Shown here: positions 51,195 through 59,431 of the stretch, piece after piece | Layout of the letters: each line of letters opens with the position of its first letter | How positions within the stretch are numbered: position 1 is the first letter of the stretch | Assembly: GCA_947478395.1 (NCBI GenBank) | Contig: CANJVR010000008.1 | Span: 49,285 to 113,284 of the forward strand | Length of the DNA stretch: 64,000 bases | Direction of reading: 5' to 3' | Origin: Opitutia bacterium | GTDB taxonomy: Bacteria; Verrucomicrobiota; Verrucomicrobiia; Opitutales; Opitutaceae | Program-made: the position numbers and the translations under genes | The notes under the pieces: generated by a model | Database searches by the model: none | Seen by the model: only the letters and a program-made list of their open reading frames with translations | What the model was told of the DNA's origin: nothing

Positions 51195-51887
51195 TTACTT
51201 CTTCGGCGCCGTGACACCGGGGACGGTGATTACCGATGGCGCAGATTCAGCTGGAGCGGCCGCAGCCGGAGCTGGCATTGCCGTTGCGGGCGCCGCCGCG
51301 GGGGAAACAGCGGGACGATCCTTGTTCACTTCCTTCGTCACTTCATCGGTGATGTCGTAGGCGGCATCGGAATAGATGATGTTGGGCACGCCGATCAGCG
51401 ACGGTCCGGATTTGTCCACGAGGAGCGTAGCGCCTTTGCGCTTGGCGATTTCAGACGCCGACTTGCTGAGTTTCTCCAGCATGACGGTGCGGAAGTTCTG
51501 GAGACGCTGCTGCAGGGAGCGCTGCGTGTTCTGGGCGAACGTCGCGATATCGCTTTTCTTCCGCTGAATGTCTTCCAGCTTCTTTTGCGCGTCGTTTTGA
51601 TACTTGGCCTTCGCCTCAGCGGTGAGCAGGGGGTTGTTTAACTGCTCGGTCATGCTCGTGTAGTCGGCGACGAGCGCGTTACCTTCCTTGTTCATTTTCT
51701 CGACTTCTTCCTGCGCGGACTGTTCATCCGCGCGTAGCTTGGCGTTGGTCGCCTCGGTCTCGTAATGGGTGTCGTAGAGCTTCGCCATATCGACCACCAG
51801 CAGCTTGATCGTCGGCTGGGCCTGGGCGAGGAGAGCGGTGAAACCGAAAGCGGCCAGCACAGATAGGGTTTGAATGGATTTCTTCAT
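51195..51887 (-). CDS. skp: OmpH/Skp periplasmic chaperone
   Basis: Signal peptide; VVDM; long coiled coil; DITDEV; directly after bamA. Confidence 0.88.
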   Translation of the reverse strand: MKKSIQTLSVLAAFGFTALLAQAQPTIKLLVVDMAKLYDTHYETEATNAKLRADEQSAQEEVEKMNKEGNALVADYTSMTEQLNNPLLTAEAKAKYQNDAQKKLEDIQRKKSDIATFAQNTQRSLQQRLQNFRTVMLEKLSKSASEIAKRKGATLLVDKSGPSLIGVPNIIYSDAAYDITDEVTKEVNKDRPAVSPAAAPATAMPAPAAAAPAESAPSVITVPGVTAPKK

Positions 51888-51927
51888 GAATGGTGGTGTG
51901 AAAAAGTAAGGGGACACTGGACAGTAA

Positions 51928-54309
51928 TTAGAAGCGCGTGCCAAAGGAAAAATTGAACTGATTGCCCTTCTTGTTGAACTTGTCCCCGGTGACGGGGATA
52001 CCGAAATCAAGACTGAGCGGCGCACCGGCAACGAACAGGCGGAGGCCGAAGCCAAAGTTGTCGTTGTAGGTCATGGGGTTGAAATCGTAGGCGCCTTGAT
52101 TCACGAAGCCGGCGTCGTAGAAGACCGCGAAGCGGATCGGGCTGACGATATCGACGGAGTATTCGGCGCTGAAGAAGCCATACGTCTTGCCGCCGAGGCG
52201 CTCGCCTGAGGTATCGAGCGGACCGACGTCGCGGTTTTCGAAGCCGCGCAACGTGTAGGGCCCGCCGAGGTAAAACGCGTCGTAATATGGCAGGACTTTC
52301 GATTTGCCGAAGTTTTGGGCCACACCCGCGCGAGCGATGAGCGAGAGCACCTGTTCCTGCGTCTCGAAAACGCGGAAGAACTGCGAGCCGCGGAATTCGA
52401 GCCGGTAGAAATTGTCGCCTCCGCCGATCGGACCACCGGCGAAGTCGGTGTTAATTTCCACGCGATTACCCTGGGTGGTGTTGATGATTTTATCGCGCGT
52501 ATCACGGAGCAGCTGGAAGCTGATCTTCGAAATCGTGTTGCTGCCCGCACTCGCCCGGATGATCGACGAGGCGCTCGTGGAGACGTCCTTGATGTCGATG
52601 ATCTCGTAGGTGTACGAGAGCTTGCCTTCAAAAAGTTCGAAGAGGCGTTTGCGCAGATAGATTTCACCGCCGGTTTCGATCTGGCTGTAGAACGAGCTGT
52701 TGTACTCGGAACTGGTGCGGAAAATACTGAACCCAAGGGCGAGCTGCTGCTGGAATAGCCATGGCTCCTCAAAAGAGAGCACGGCCTCGCTCGACCGGGT
52801 GCCGAGTTGCAAGCGCAACCGGAACTTCTGTCCGTCGCCGCGGAAAATCGAGTGGCGGTTAAAGAGATCGAAATTCGACTGCGAGATTTCGGCGAAGACC
52901 GTCGCTCTTTCCAATGAACTGAAACCGGCACCGAAAGTCAGATTGCCGGTGCGACCTTCCTTCACCGCGACGCGCAAATTGCGGCGGCCGGGGATGTTGG
53001 TCTCCTGTGGCGTCACGTTCACATCCTCGAAGAAGCGCGTGTTATCGAGCCGCAGCTTGCTGATCTTCATCAGCACGGTGCTGAATACATCGCCGGGTCC
53101 GAGCACCATTTCGCGGATGATCACGGTGCTCTTGGTCACTTCGTTGCCCTCGATAATGATCGATTCGACGTTGAATTTCTCGCTCTCGTTCACGACGTAC
53201 TCGATGTCGATGTTGCCGGTGGCGACATTGCCTTTGCGAGTGAGACGGACGTCGGTGTCGAGATAGCCGTCCTTGCCGTAGAAATCCCGCAGGCGCTCGA
53301 CATCGCTGTCTAGCTTCGAGGGCGTGAAAACGAACCCGCTTTTCTGCCGCGCCACACGTTTGAGGAGGGCCGACGAAAACAGCTTGTTCCCGGTAAAATT
53401 GATCGTGCCGATGCGGTATTCATGCCCCTCGGAAATCTCGATGGTGAGGACGAGCTTTTCGGGCGTGGGATAGTTAAACACCACCTTGTCGGGCAGAATC
53501 TCGACATCGAGGTAACCGTGTTCGCGGTAATAATCGCGCAGTTTGTCGAGGTCGTCCTCAAATTCGTCGTCCTTAAAGCGCCCCGTGCTCGTCAGCCAGG
53601 AAAAAATCCACCACTTCTTCGTCTCCATCTCGCCCTTCAGGGTCTTGGCTTTGACGTGGGTGTTGCCGACAAACTTAATGTCCGCGATCTTTACTTTGTT
53701 ACCTTCCTTGATCTTGAAAATGATGGTACCAAACCCGGTCGCGCGATCGCGTTCGACGGCGTAGGTGATGGAAACCTGATTGTACCCGGATTTCTGGTAA
53801 TGCTCGCGAATTTTCTCCGAGTCTTCCTTCACCTGGCGTTCGTCGAGCGCGGTGTTAGGCTTTGACTTCACTTCTTTTTCGAGGCGCGTGCTCTTTACCT
53901 TCTTGTTGCCTTCATAGCGCACGGCCAGCACCCGGAACTTCGGCGTGACTTCAACCACGAGGTTGAAGGTTTTCTCGTCCGTCGAATCCTTCTTGATCTC
54001 GATAAATTCAAAAAGACCGGTGCGGTAAAGCGAGCGGATGTCGCGGTCCAGCATCGTCTCGTCGAGATCGCCGCTCTCGCGCACCTGCATGTTCGCGCGC
54101 ACAACTTGTTCGTCCACATTAGCCGTGCCGACAAATTTTACGGTGACGGTCCCGACTTTGAGACCCGAGGCCGGTGCCGCCCCTGCCGGATTGGCCTGTT
54201 GGGCTTGCTGCTGTTGGGCTTGCAGACCCAAGCCCGCCATTGCGAACCAGCAGAATACCAAAAAATAGCGGACTACCCTGCGCGCAGGGTTACTGAGTAT
54301 AGTTTTCAA
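51928..54309 (-). CDS. bamA: Outer membrane protein assembly factor BamA
   Basis: POTRA repeats; GDGQ; LRGF loop; terminal FSFGTRF; exact start uncertain. Confidence 0.95.
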   Translation of the reverse strand: MKTILSNPARRVVRYFLVFCWFAMAGLGLQAQQQQAQQANPAGAAPASGLKVGTVTVKFVGTANVDEQVVRANMQVRESGDLDETMLDRDIRSLYRTGLFEFIEIKKDSTDEKTFNLVVEVTPKFRVLAVRYEGNKKVKSTRLEKEVKSKPNTALDERQVKEDSEKIREHYQKSGYNQVSITYAVERDRATGFGTIIFKIKEGNKVKIADIKFVGNTHVKAKTLKGEMETKKWWIFSWLTSTGRFKDDEFEDDLDKLRDYYREHGYLDVEILPDKVVFNYPTPEKLVLTIEISEGHEYRIGTINFTGNKLFSSALLKRVARQKSGFVFTPSKLDSDVERLRDFYGKDGYLDTDVRLTRKGNVATGNIDIEYVVNESEKFNVESIIIEGNEVTKSTVIIREMVLGPGDVFSTVLMKISKLRLDNTRFFEDVNVTPQETNIPGRRNLRVAVKEGRTGNLTFGAGFSSLERATVFAEISQSNFDLFNRHSIFRGDGQKFRLRLQLGTRSSEAVLSFEEPWLFQQQLALGFSIFRTSSEYNSSFYSQIETGGEIYLRKRLFELFEGKLSYTYEIIDIKDVSTSASSIIRASAGSNTISKISFQLLRDTRDKIINTTQGNRVEINTDFAGGPIGGGDNFYRLEFRGSQFFRVFETQEQVLSLIARAGVAQNFGKSKVLPYYDAFYLGGPYTLRGFENRDVGPLDTSGERLGGKTYGFFSAEYSVDIVSPIRFAVFYDAGFVNQGAYDFNPMTYNDNFGFGLRLFVAGAPLSLDFGIPVTGDKFNKKGNQFNFSFGTRF

Positions 54310-55681
54310 AGCGGGTGATGTCTCTTAGGAACGTAAGCTTCAACTCTCCTACCGGTCCGTTTCGCTGCTTGGCAACGATTAACTCGGCCGAGTCTGCGGC
54401 GACTTGGAATTTTTCATCGGCATCTCGGGGGCGGGCAAGCATGAGGACTACGTCGGCGTCTTGCTCGATGGAGCCGGATTCGCGCAAATCCGCCAGTTTT
54501 GGCGTGCGGTTTTCCTTTTCCGATGAGCGGTTAAGCTGACTTAATACAAGGACCGGGAGATTGAGTTCCTTCGCGAGTGATTTTAAACCCCGCGACGCCT
54601 CGGCGACCTGTTGCTCGCGGGGCATTTTCGAATCCGTCGGCGCCAGCAACTGCAGGTAGTCCACGACGATGAAGCCGAGCGGATTTCGCGCATGGATGCG
54701 CCGCGCCTTCGCCCGGAGCTGCATGATCGAAAGCGCGCTGGAATCATCGATGAAGATGGGCGCCTTCGAAAATTGGTCGGCGGCGGACAACAGCCGCGAT
54801 TGCTCCTCGCCGTTTTTTGAGAGCAGGCCGTCGCGCAGCAGTTTCATGTTCACCCGCGCGCGCGAGCACAACATACGCAGCGCCAGCTGGGCCGCGCTCA
54901 TTTCGAGCGAGAAAACGAGCACGCCCACCGCCTCGCCCTTCAGGGGCATCGCCGCGGCTTCCGCGATGTTCAGTGCGAGCGAGGTTTTTCCCATCGAGGG
55001 CCGCGCCGCCAGAATGATCATTTCCTGCCGCTGAAAGCCCCACGTTAGCGTGTCGAGATCCTTGAAACCGGACGTCACACCCGTCATCTCGCCCTTCTTC
55101 ATCATCATCTTCGTGATGACGTTCATCGCCTCGCGCGTCGGCTCGCGCATGGGCTTGGCGCTTTCGCTCACGCGGTTCTGCGTGACGTTGAAAATCCGCT
55201 GTTCGATCTGATCGACGAACTCGTCGATGCCGCCGTTGAACGCGTAGCACTCCTCGACCGCGCCGGTGGCCGATTTGATCAATTCCCGCAGGAGATGCAG
55301 CTCGCGGACCTTGTCGATGAAGTAGCCGGCCTGCGCCGTGGTCGGAATGCGGCTGCTGACCTGGGTCAGGAAAGCGTAACCGCCGACCGCATCGAACTGG
55401 CGGATCGTTTTGAGATCCTCGGCCAGCACCGCCACGTCGACCGGGGTCTGGCGATTGTAGAGATCGAGTAGCCGCTCGAAAATAATCCCGTGGGTGTTGA
55501 GATAAAACGACTCAGGCCGGATTCTCGCTTCCAGGCAGCGCGAGATAACGTCAGCCCCGTCCAGCAGGCAGCACGAGAGCAGGTACTCCTCCGCTTCCAC
55601 GCTGTGCGGTGGCACGCGACCAGCGAATGCCGTCGGCGCGCCCTCGGAGCGGCGGAAAGGTGAAGGGGAGTCGTCAACCAT
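54290..55681 (-). CDS. dnaB: Replicative DNA helicase
   Basis: PPHSVEAE; AARPSMGKT; DYLQL; LSQLNR; DLRESGSIEQDAD; KQRNGP; no intein. Confidence 0.97.
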   Translation of the reverse strand: MVDDSPSPFRRSEGAPTAFAGRVPPHSVEAEEYLLSCCLLDGADVISRCLEARIRPESFYLNTHGIIFERLLDLYNRQTPVDVAVLAEDLKTIRQFDAVGGYAFLTQVSSRIPTTAQAGYFIDKVRELHLLRELIKSATGAVEECYAFNGGIDEFVDQIEQRIFNVTQNRVSESAKPMREPTREAMNVITKMMMKKGEMTGVTSGFKDLDTLTWGFQRQEMIILAARPSMGKTSLALNIAEAAAMPLKGEAVGVLVFSLEMSAAQLALRMLCSRARVNMKLLRDGLLSKNGEEQSRLLSAADQFSKAPIFIDDSSALSIMQLRAKARRIHARNPLGFIVVDYLQLLAPTDSKMPREQQVAEASRGLKSLAKELNLPVLVLSQLNRSSEKENRTPKLADLRESGSIEQDADVVLMLARPRDADEKFQVAADSAELIVAKQRNGPVGELKLTFLRDITRFENYTQ

Positions 55682-55801
55682 TCAGGCTAAGAGTCAGGGG
55701 CGGCGGTCGGGTCGTCGCAAGTGCGACTTGTCCACAAACGACTCAGAAACACGAAGGCCGCATCTCGCGACGCGGCCTCCGGTGCAAAAAGAGCGAGCCG
55801 A

Positions 55802-56317
55802 TTATTTCTTGTCGCCCTTCGCGGCGGGCTTCGCGGCGACCGGAGCCGGAGCGGCCTCGATCGGATTTTCCGAGACAACGTCGAAATTAAGGTCGACCGA
55901 AACATCGGCGTGCAGCTTCACCTTCACGGTGTGCTGGCCGAGCGTCTTCACCGGCGTGTGCAGGTGGATGCGCTTCTTGTCGATCGTGTAGCCGGCGGCG
56001 ACCAGCTTCTCGTAAATATCCGCCGCGGTGATCGCGCCGAACATCTTGCCGCCTTCGCCCGTCTTGACGGCGAACGCGAGGCTCACCTTCTCGAGCTTCT
56101 TGGCGAGCTCATGGGCGCCGCCCAGTTCCTGCGTCTCACGCTCGGCGCGACGCTTCTTCAGCGCGTCGACGCGCTTGCGGTTGGACGCCGTGAGAGGGGC
56201 CGCGAAGCCGCCGGGGAGGAGGAAATTCCGCGCGTAGCCGGCGCGGACTTTGACTTGGTCGCCTTCGCCGCCGAGGCCTTCGACGGGTTTGAGGAGGAGG
56301 ATTTCGCTGGTTGCCAT
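55802..56317 (-). CDS. rplI: 50S ribosomal protein L9
   Basis: VKVRAGYARNFLLP; GKMFGAIT. Confidence 0.96.
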   Translation of the reverse strand: MATSEILLLKPVEGLGGEGDQVKVRAGYARNFLLPGGFAAPLTASNRKRVDALKKRRAERETQELGGAHELAKKLEKVSLAFAVKTGEGGKMFGAITAADIYEKLVAAGYTIDKKRIHLHTPVKTLGQHTVKVKLHADVSVDLNFDVVSENPIEAAPAPVAAKPAAKGDKK

Positions 56318-56385
56318 GACGAGGAGGAATCTAGTTTTAGGTTAAAGTTTGCGTTGAAGCGTTCGGGAGGTGCGGCGCGCCCGGA

Positions 56386-56877
56386 TTAGAACGGCACGTC
56401 TTCGTCCATGCTCGCCGCGGGCGGTTTCGACGGAGCGGAGCGCGGCGGCGGAGCATGACGTTCGGGCGAAGTTTGATCGATGTCGTCGCTCGCGCCACCG
56501 GGGCCAGCCGCGCCGCCGCCAGAGGGTGCTCCGCCGGCCCCGCCGCGGGAGGAGAGGAACTGTACGTTATCGAGGACGACCTTGAGTTTGCTGCGCTTCT
56601 GGCCGCTCGTCTTGTCTTCCCATTGGTCGAGCTTGAGCCGGCCCTCGACCATGGCGGGGCTGCCCTTGGTGAGATATTTGGAAACGAGTTCGCCCTGCTT
56701 GCCCCAAGCCTCGATGTCGATGAATGTCGTCTCGTCGCGCGTGGCGCCGGACTCGTCCTTGAACTGACGATTCACCGCGAGCCCGAACTGGCAGATAGCA
56801 GTACCTTTGGGCGTGACCCGGAGCTCCGGATCGCGCGTGAGGTTGCCGATCAAAAAAACTTTATTGAGGTAAGCCAT
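56386..56877 (-). CDS. ssb: Single-stranded DNA-binding protein
   Basis: LNKVFLIGNLTRDPELR; C-terminal DEDVPF. Confidence 0.97.
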   Translation of the reverse strand: MAYLNKVFLIGNLTRDPELRVTPKGTAICQFGLAVNRQFKDESGATRDETTFIDIEAWGKQGELVSKYLTKGSPAMVEGRLKLDQWEDKTSGQKRSKLKVVLDNVQFLSSRGGAGGAPSGGGAAGPGGASDDIDQTSPERHAPPPRSAPSKPPAASMDEDVPF

Positions 56878-56906
56878 GGTTCGGGGCGCAGCCGCCGGGT
56901 CGTCGC

Positions 56907-57203
56907 TTAGACGGACTCGACGAACGTGCGGTAAACGCTTTGGTTGAGGCGCAGGCGCTCCTTGAGCTGGCCCGGGCCGGCGGCAGGAGCGCTGAACGCG
57001 ACCTGGACGTACGTCGCGCTCGTGAGCTTGGGATCGGTGACGCGGATGAAATCCTTGCGGCCGAGGTTTTCGACGGCGGTGATTTCGCCCTGCACGGCGG
57101 TGATTTCGTTCTTCACGCCGGTGAGGATCTGTTCGACGGAGTCTTCCTTGCCGCGGTTGTCGAGGATGAAGGTCGCGCGGTAATTGCGTTTGGTCGGGTT
57201 CAT
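56907..57203 (-). CDS. rpsF: 30S ribosomal protein S6
   Basis: RNY..FILD; ENLGRK; size and position before ssb. Confidence 0.85.
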   Translation of the reverse strand: MNPTKRNYRATFILDNRGKEDSVEQILTGVKNEITAVQGEITAVENLGRKDFIRVTDPKLTSATYVQVAFSAPAAGPGQLKERLRLNQSVYRTFVESV

Positions 57204-57784
57204 GATGGATCTCTGCGGTTGAGTTGATTCATGGCGTGTTCGCTGCCGCGGGAGAGCAGCAGTTCCAGGCCTTGGAGGTAATGAGTGATTTTTTGATCGA
57301 TGAGAATGAGTTGGTCAGAAGTAAACTTTCCGAGGACGAAGTCTTTGATGTCCATCTGCGCCGGCTGCTTCGGCCCGATGCCGAGGCGGTAGCGGGCAAA
57401 CCCGTCGCCCAATTTTTCGAGTACGCTGGCGACGCCATTGTGGCCGCCGGCACTCCCGGTGACTGACACTTTGACGAGGCCGAGATCGATGTTGATATCA
57501 TCGTAAACGATCGCGACCGACTCGGGTGGCAGCTTGTAGAAACGAGCCAGAGCACCGACTGCTGTGCCGCTGTCGTTCATAAACGTCAGCGGTTTCGCGA
57601 GCCAGAGTGTACGACCGGGGGATTGATCCCAGCGGGCAACTTCGGACTCAAACGCCGGTTGGGCCTTCCAGCTCAGCCCGTGCTTTTTGGCCAGGGCATC
57701 GAGGACGATCCAACCGAGATTGTGGCGGGTGGGCGCGTAGTCGCGGCCCGGATTACCCAGGCCAACGACGAGCGAAATGGACAT
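57200..57784 (-). CDS. pth: Peptidyl-tRNA hydrolase
   Basis: VGLGNPG; TRHNLG; KPLTFMNDSG; GGHNG. Confidence 0.96.
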   Translation of the reverse strand: MSISLVVGLGNPGRDYAPTRHNLGWIVLDALAKKHGLSWKAQPAFESEVARWDQSPGRTLWLAKPLTFMNDSGTAVGALARFYKLPPESVAIVYDDINIDLGLVKVSVTGSAGGHNGVASVLEKLGDGFARYRLGIGPKQPAQMDIKDFVLGKFTSDQLILIDQKITHYLQGLELLLSRGSEHAMNQLNRRDPS

Positions 57785-57847
57785 GACTCAAAGAACATCC
57801 GCTGGGCGCGCCGGTTTGGAAGCGGCGCGCGGCGGTTCGGAAAACGC

Positions 57848-58630
57848 TTACTTCTTGGCGGGCGCAGCGGGCTTGGCACCGGCCGCGGGAGCAGCACCGG
57901 GCTTCGCGCCAGCGGCGGGAGCGGCGGCCTTGGCATCGCCAGCCGCGGGAGCGGCGGGCTTGCCATCGGCACCGACCGCGGGAGCGACGGGCTTGCCATC
58001 GGCACCGACGGCGGCAGCGGCGCCCTCGACGGGAGCGGCAGCGACGACTTCCTGCACGATTTCGGCGACAGGCTCGACGCACGAAACGATGGGCTGGCCC
58101 TTGGTATCGAGAAACTCAACGCCGGGAATCGGCTTGAGCTCGGAAACCTTGATCGTCTCGCCGACCTTGAGCTCGGTCACATCGACGGAGATGGACTCGG
58201 GCAGATCCTTCGGCAAACAACGAATGCGCAGCAAGTGAGCGTTCATTTCCAACACGCCGCTCTGGTTCTTAACGCCGAACGATTCGCCAGCGGGCAGCAC
58301 GGGCACGCGGATTTCGAATTTCTCGTCCGCTTTTACCTCGTGCAGATCGATGTGGAGATATTTGTCCGTGATCGGATCGCGCTGAATTTCCTGCAAAAAC
58401 GAAAGCGCCATCTGGTCTTTACCGGCCTGCTTGAGCTCGATGAGCATCGCGCGGCCGGAAACGGCTTTCAGGAGGCGGACGAACTCGGGCGTATCAACCG
58501 CGAGCTTCTCCGGGTTGGTGTGCTTTCCGTAAAGGATCGCGGGAATGGCGTTGGCCTTGCGGACGCGGCGTGAGGCACTGCGGCCGGTTTGGGCGCGCGT
58601 GGTGACGTTGAGCGTGAGCTTAGTTTTCAT
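57848..58630 (-). CDS. rplY: 50S ribosomal protein L25/Ctc with Ala/Pro/Lys repeat tail
   Basis: IPAILYG; QRDPI..HID; CLPKDLP; upstream of pth. Confidence 0.93.
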   Translation of the reverse strand: MKTKLTLNVTTRAQTGRSASRRVRKANAIPAILYGKHTNPEKLAVDTPEFVRLLKAVSGRAMLIELKQAGKDQMALSFLQEIQRDPITDKYLHIDLHEVKADEKFEIRVPVLPAGESFGVKNQSGVLEMNAHLLRIRCLPKDLPESISVDVTELKVGETIKVSELKPIPGVEFLDTKGQPIVSCVEPVAEIVQEVVAAAPVEGAAAAVGADGKPVAPAVGADGKPAAPAAGDAKAAAPAAGAKPGAAPAAGAKPAAPAKK

Positions 58631-58768
58631 GGATTCGTTCCCCCTGAGACCCCGGGAATCGGGGGCAGGCGTAGTGGAAAAGGGTTGAAGGGATAGAACT
58701 GCAGGCGGCGAAAGCAACCAAAACTTTGGTCAGCGCCCGCAATTCTCGGAGTGGCGACAAAACGAGCG

Positions 58769-58774
58769 TTGACA
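58769..58774 (+). promoter_or_regulatory. Sigma-70 -35 box (TTGACA) upstream of the tRNA
   Basis: Perfect TTGACA ~65 nt before the tRNA; no clear -10. Confidence 0.4.
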
Positions 58775-58837
58775 AGAGTGGGTGCGCTTCTGTTTTTCAC
58801 CCCCTCAATCACGCGATGTGAGTCGCGTGAGACATGG

Positions 58838-58912
58838 TGCCTGGTAGCTCAGTGGCAGAGCAGGTGACTGTTAATCACTTGGTCGTAGGTTCGATCCCTA
58901 CCCGGGCAGCCA
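58838..58912 (+). tRNA. tRNA-Asn (GTT)
   Basis: Acceptor TGCCTGG/CCGGGCA; D-arm GCTCAGTGGCAGAGC; anticodon loop CTGTTAA; GGTTCGATCC T-arm; encoded CCA. Confidence 0.97.
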
Positions 58913-58921
58913 TTTTAAATC

Positions 58922-58959
58922 AAGGACTTACGCATACCACGTGGGTCCTTAATTTTTTT
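58922..58959 (+). terminator. Hairpin/terminator after tRNA-Asn
   Basis: AAGGACTTACG / CGTGGGTCCTT stem, then a T-run. Confidence 0.65.
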
Positions 58960-59383
58960 GCCTTGTCGTGGTCTTGTCGCGAACCGGGGGAAAGAGGGTG
59001 AAATAGGCTTCCACGGGAGCGTTCCTGAAATCCGACACAAAACGGGCACAAGGCCTACCCCTTAGGCGAAGGCGACCTCTCTCGCTCATATTTGAAGGGG
59101 CGGTCACCTAGGCAGGGGGCGGCACTGTTTCCCTTTCGGGTGCCATGGTTGGTCGGGATAATCCTCGGGTGAGGGTCTAGCCATGTAGGCGTTTGGCGTG
59201 GCCTGCCCGGGCACGCGCTGCCCTAGTCTGCTGGGTGATGGGGGGCGGGGGTTAACCTCAACTGCAGGTCAAAGCTCATAATTCATCCACCCGCTCCCTA
59301 AAATTTAATCACAAAGGGACAGGCCGGAGATGAGGAGGGACATAGATCAGGGCGATTTCCAAAGGCTCATTTGATTTTAAAAA

Positions 59384-59413
59384 AAAGCGGCGTCGAGCCG
59401 CCGCACTCCAAAA
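59384..59413. repeat. REP-like palindrome (family 3)
   Basis: AAAGCGGCG-TCGAGC-CGCCGC-ACTCCAAA hairpin just downstream of the PL4 stop codon; single copy here. Confidence 0.5.
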
Positions 59414-59431
59414 CGGACGGTCGCGGCGGGT

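Noticed and set aside
54290..55681. Intein in DnaB
   Set aside because: 463 aa with contiguous helicase motifs; no insertion.
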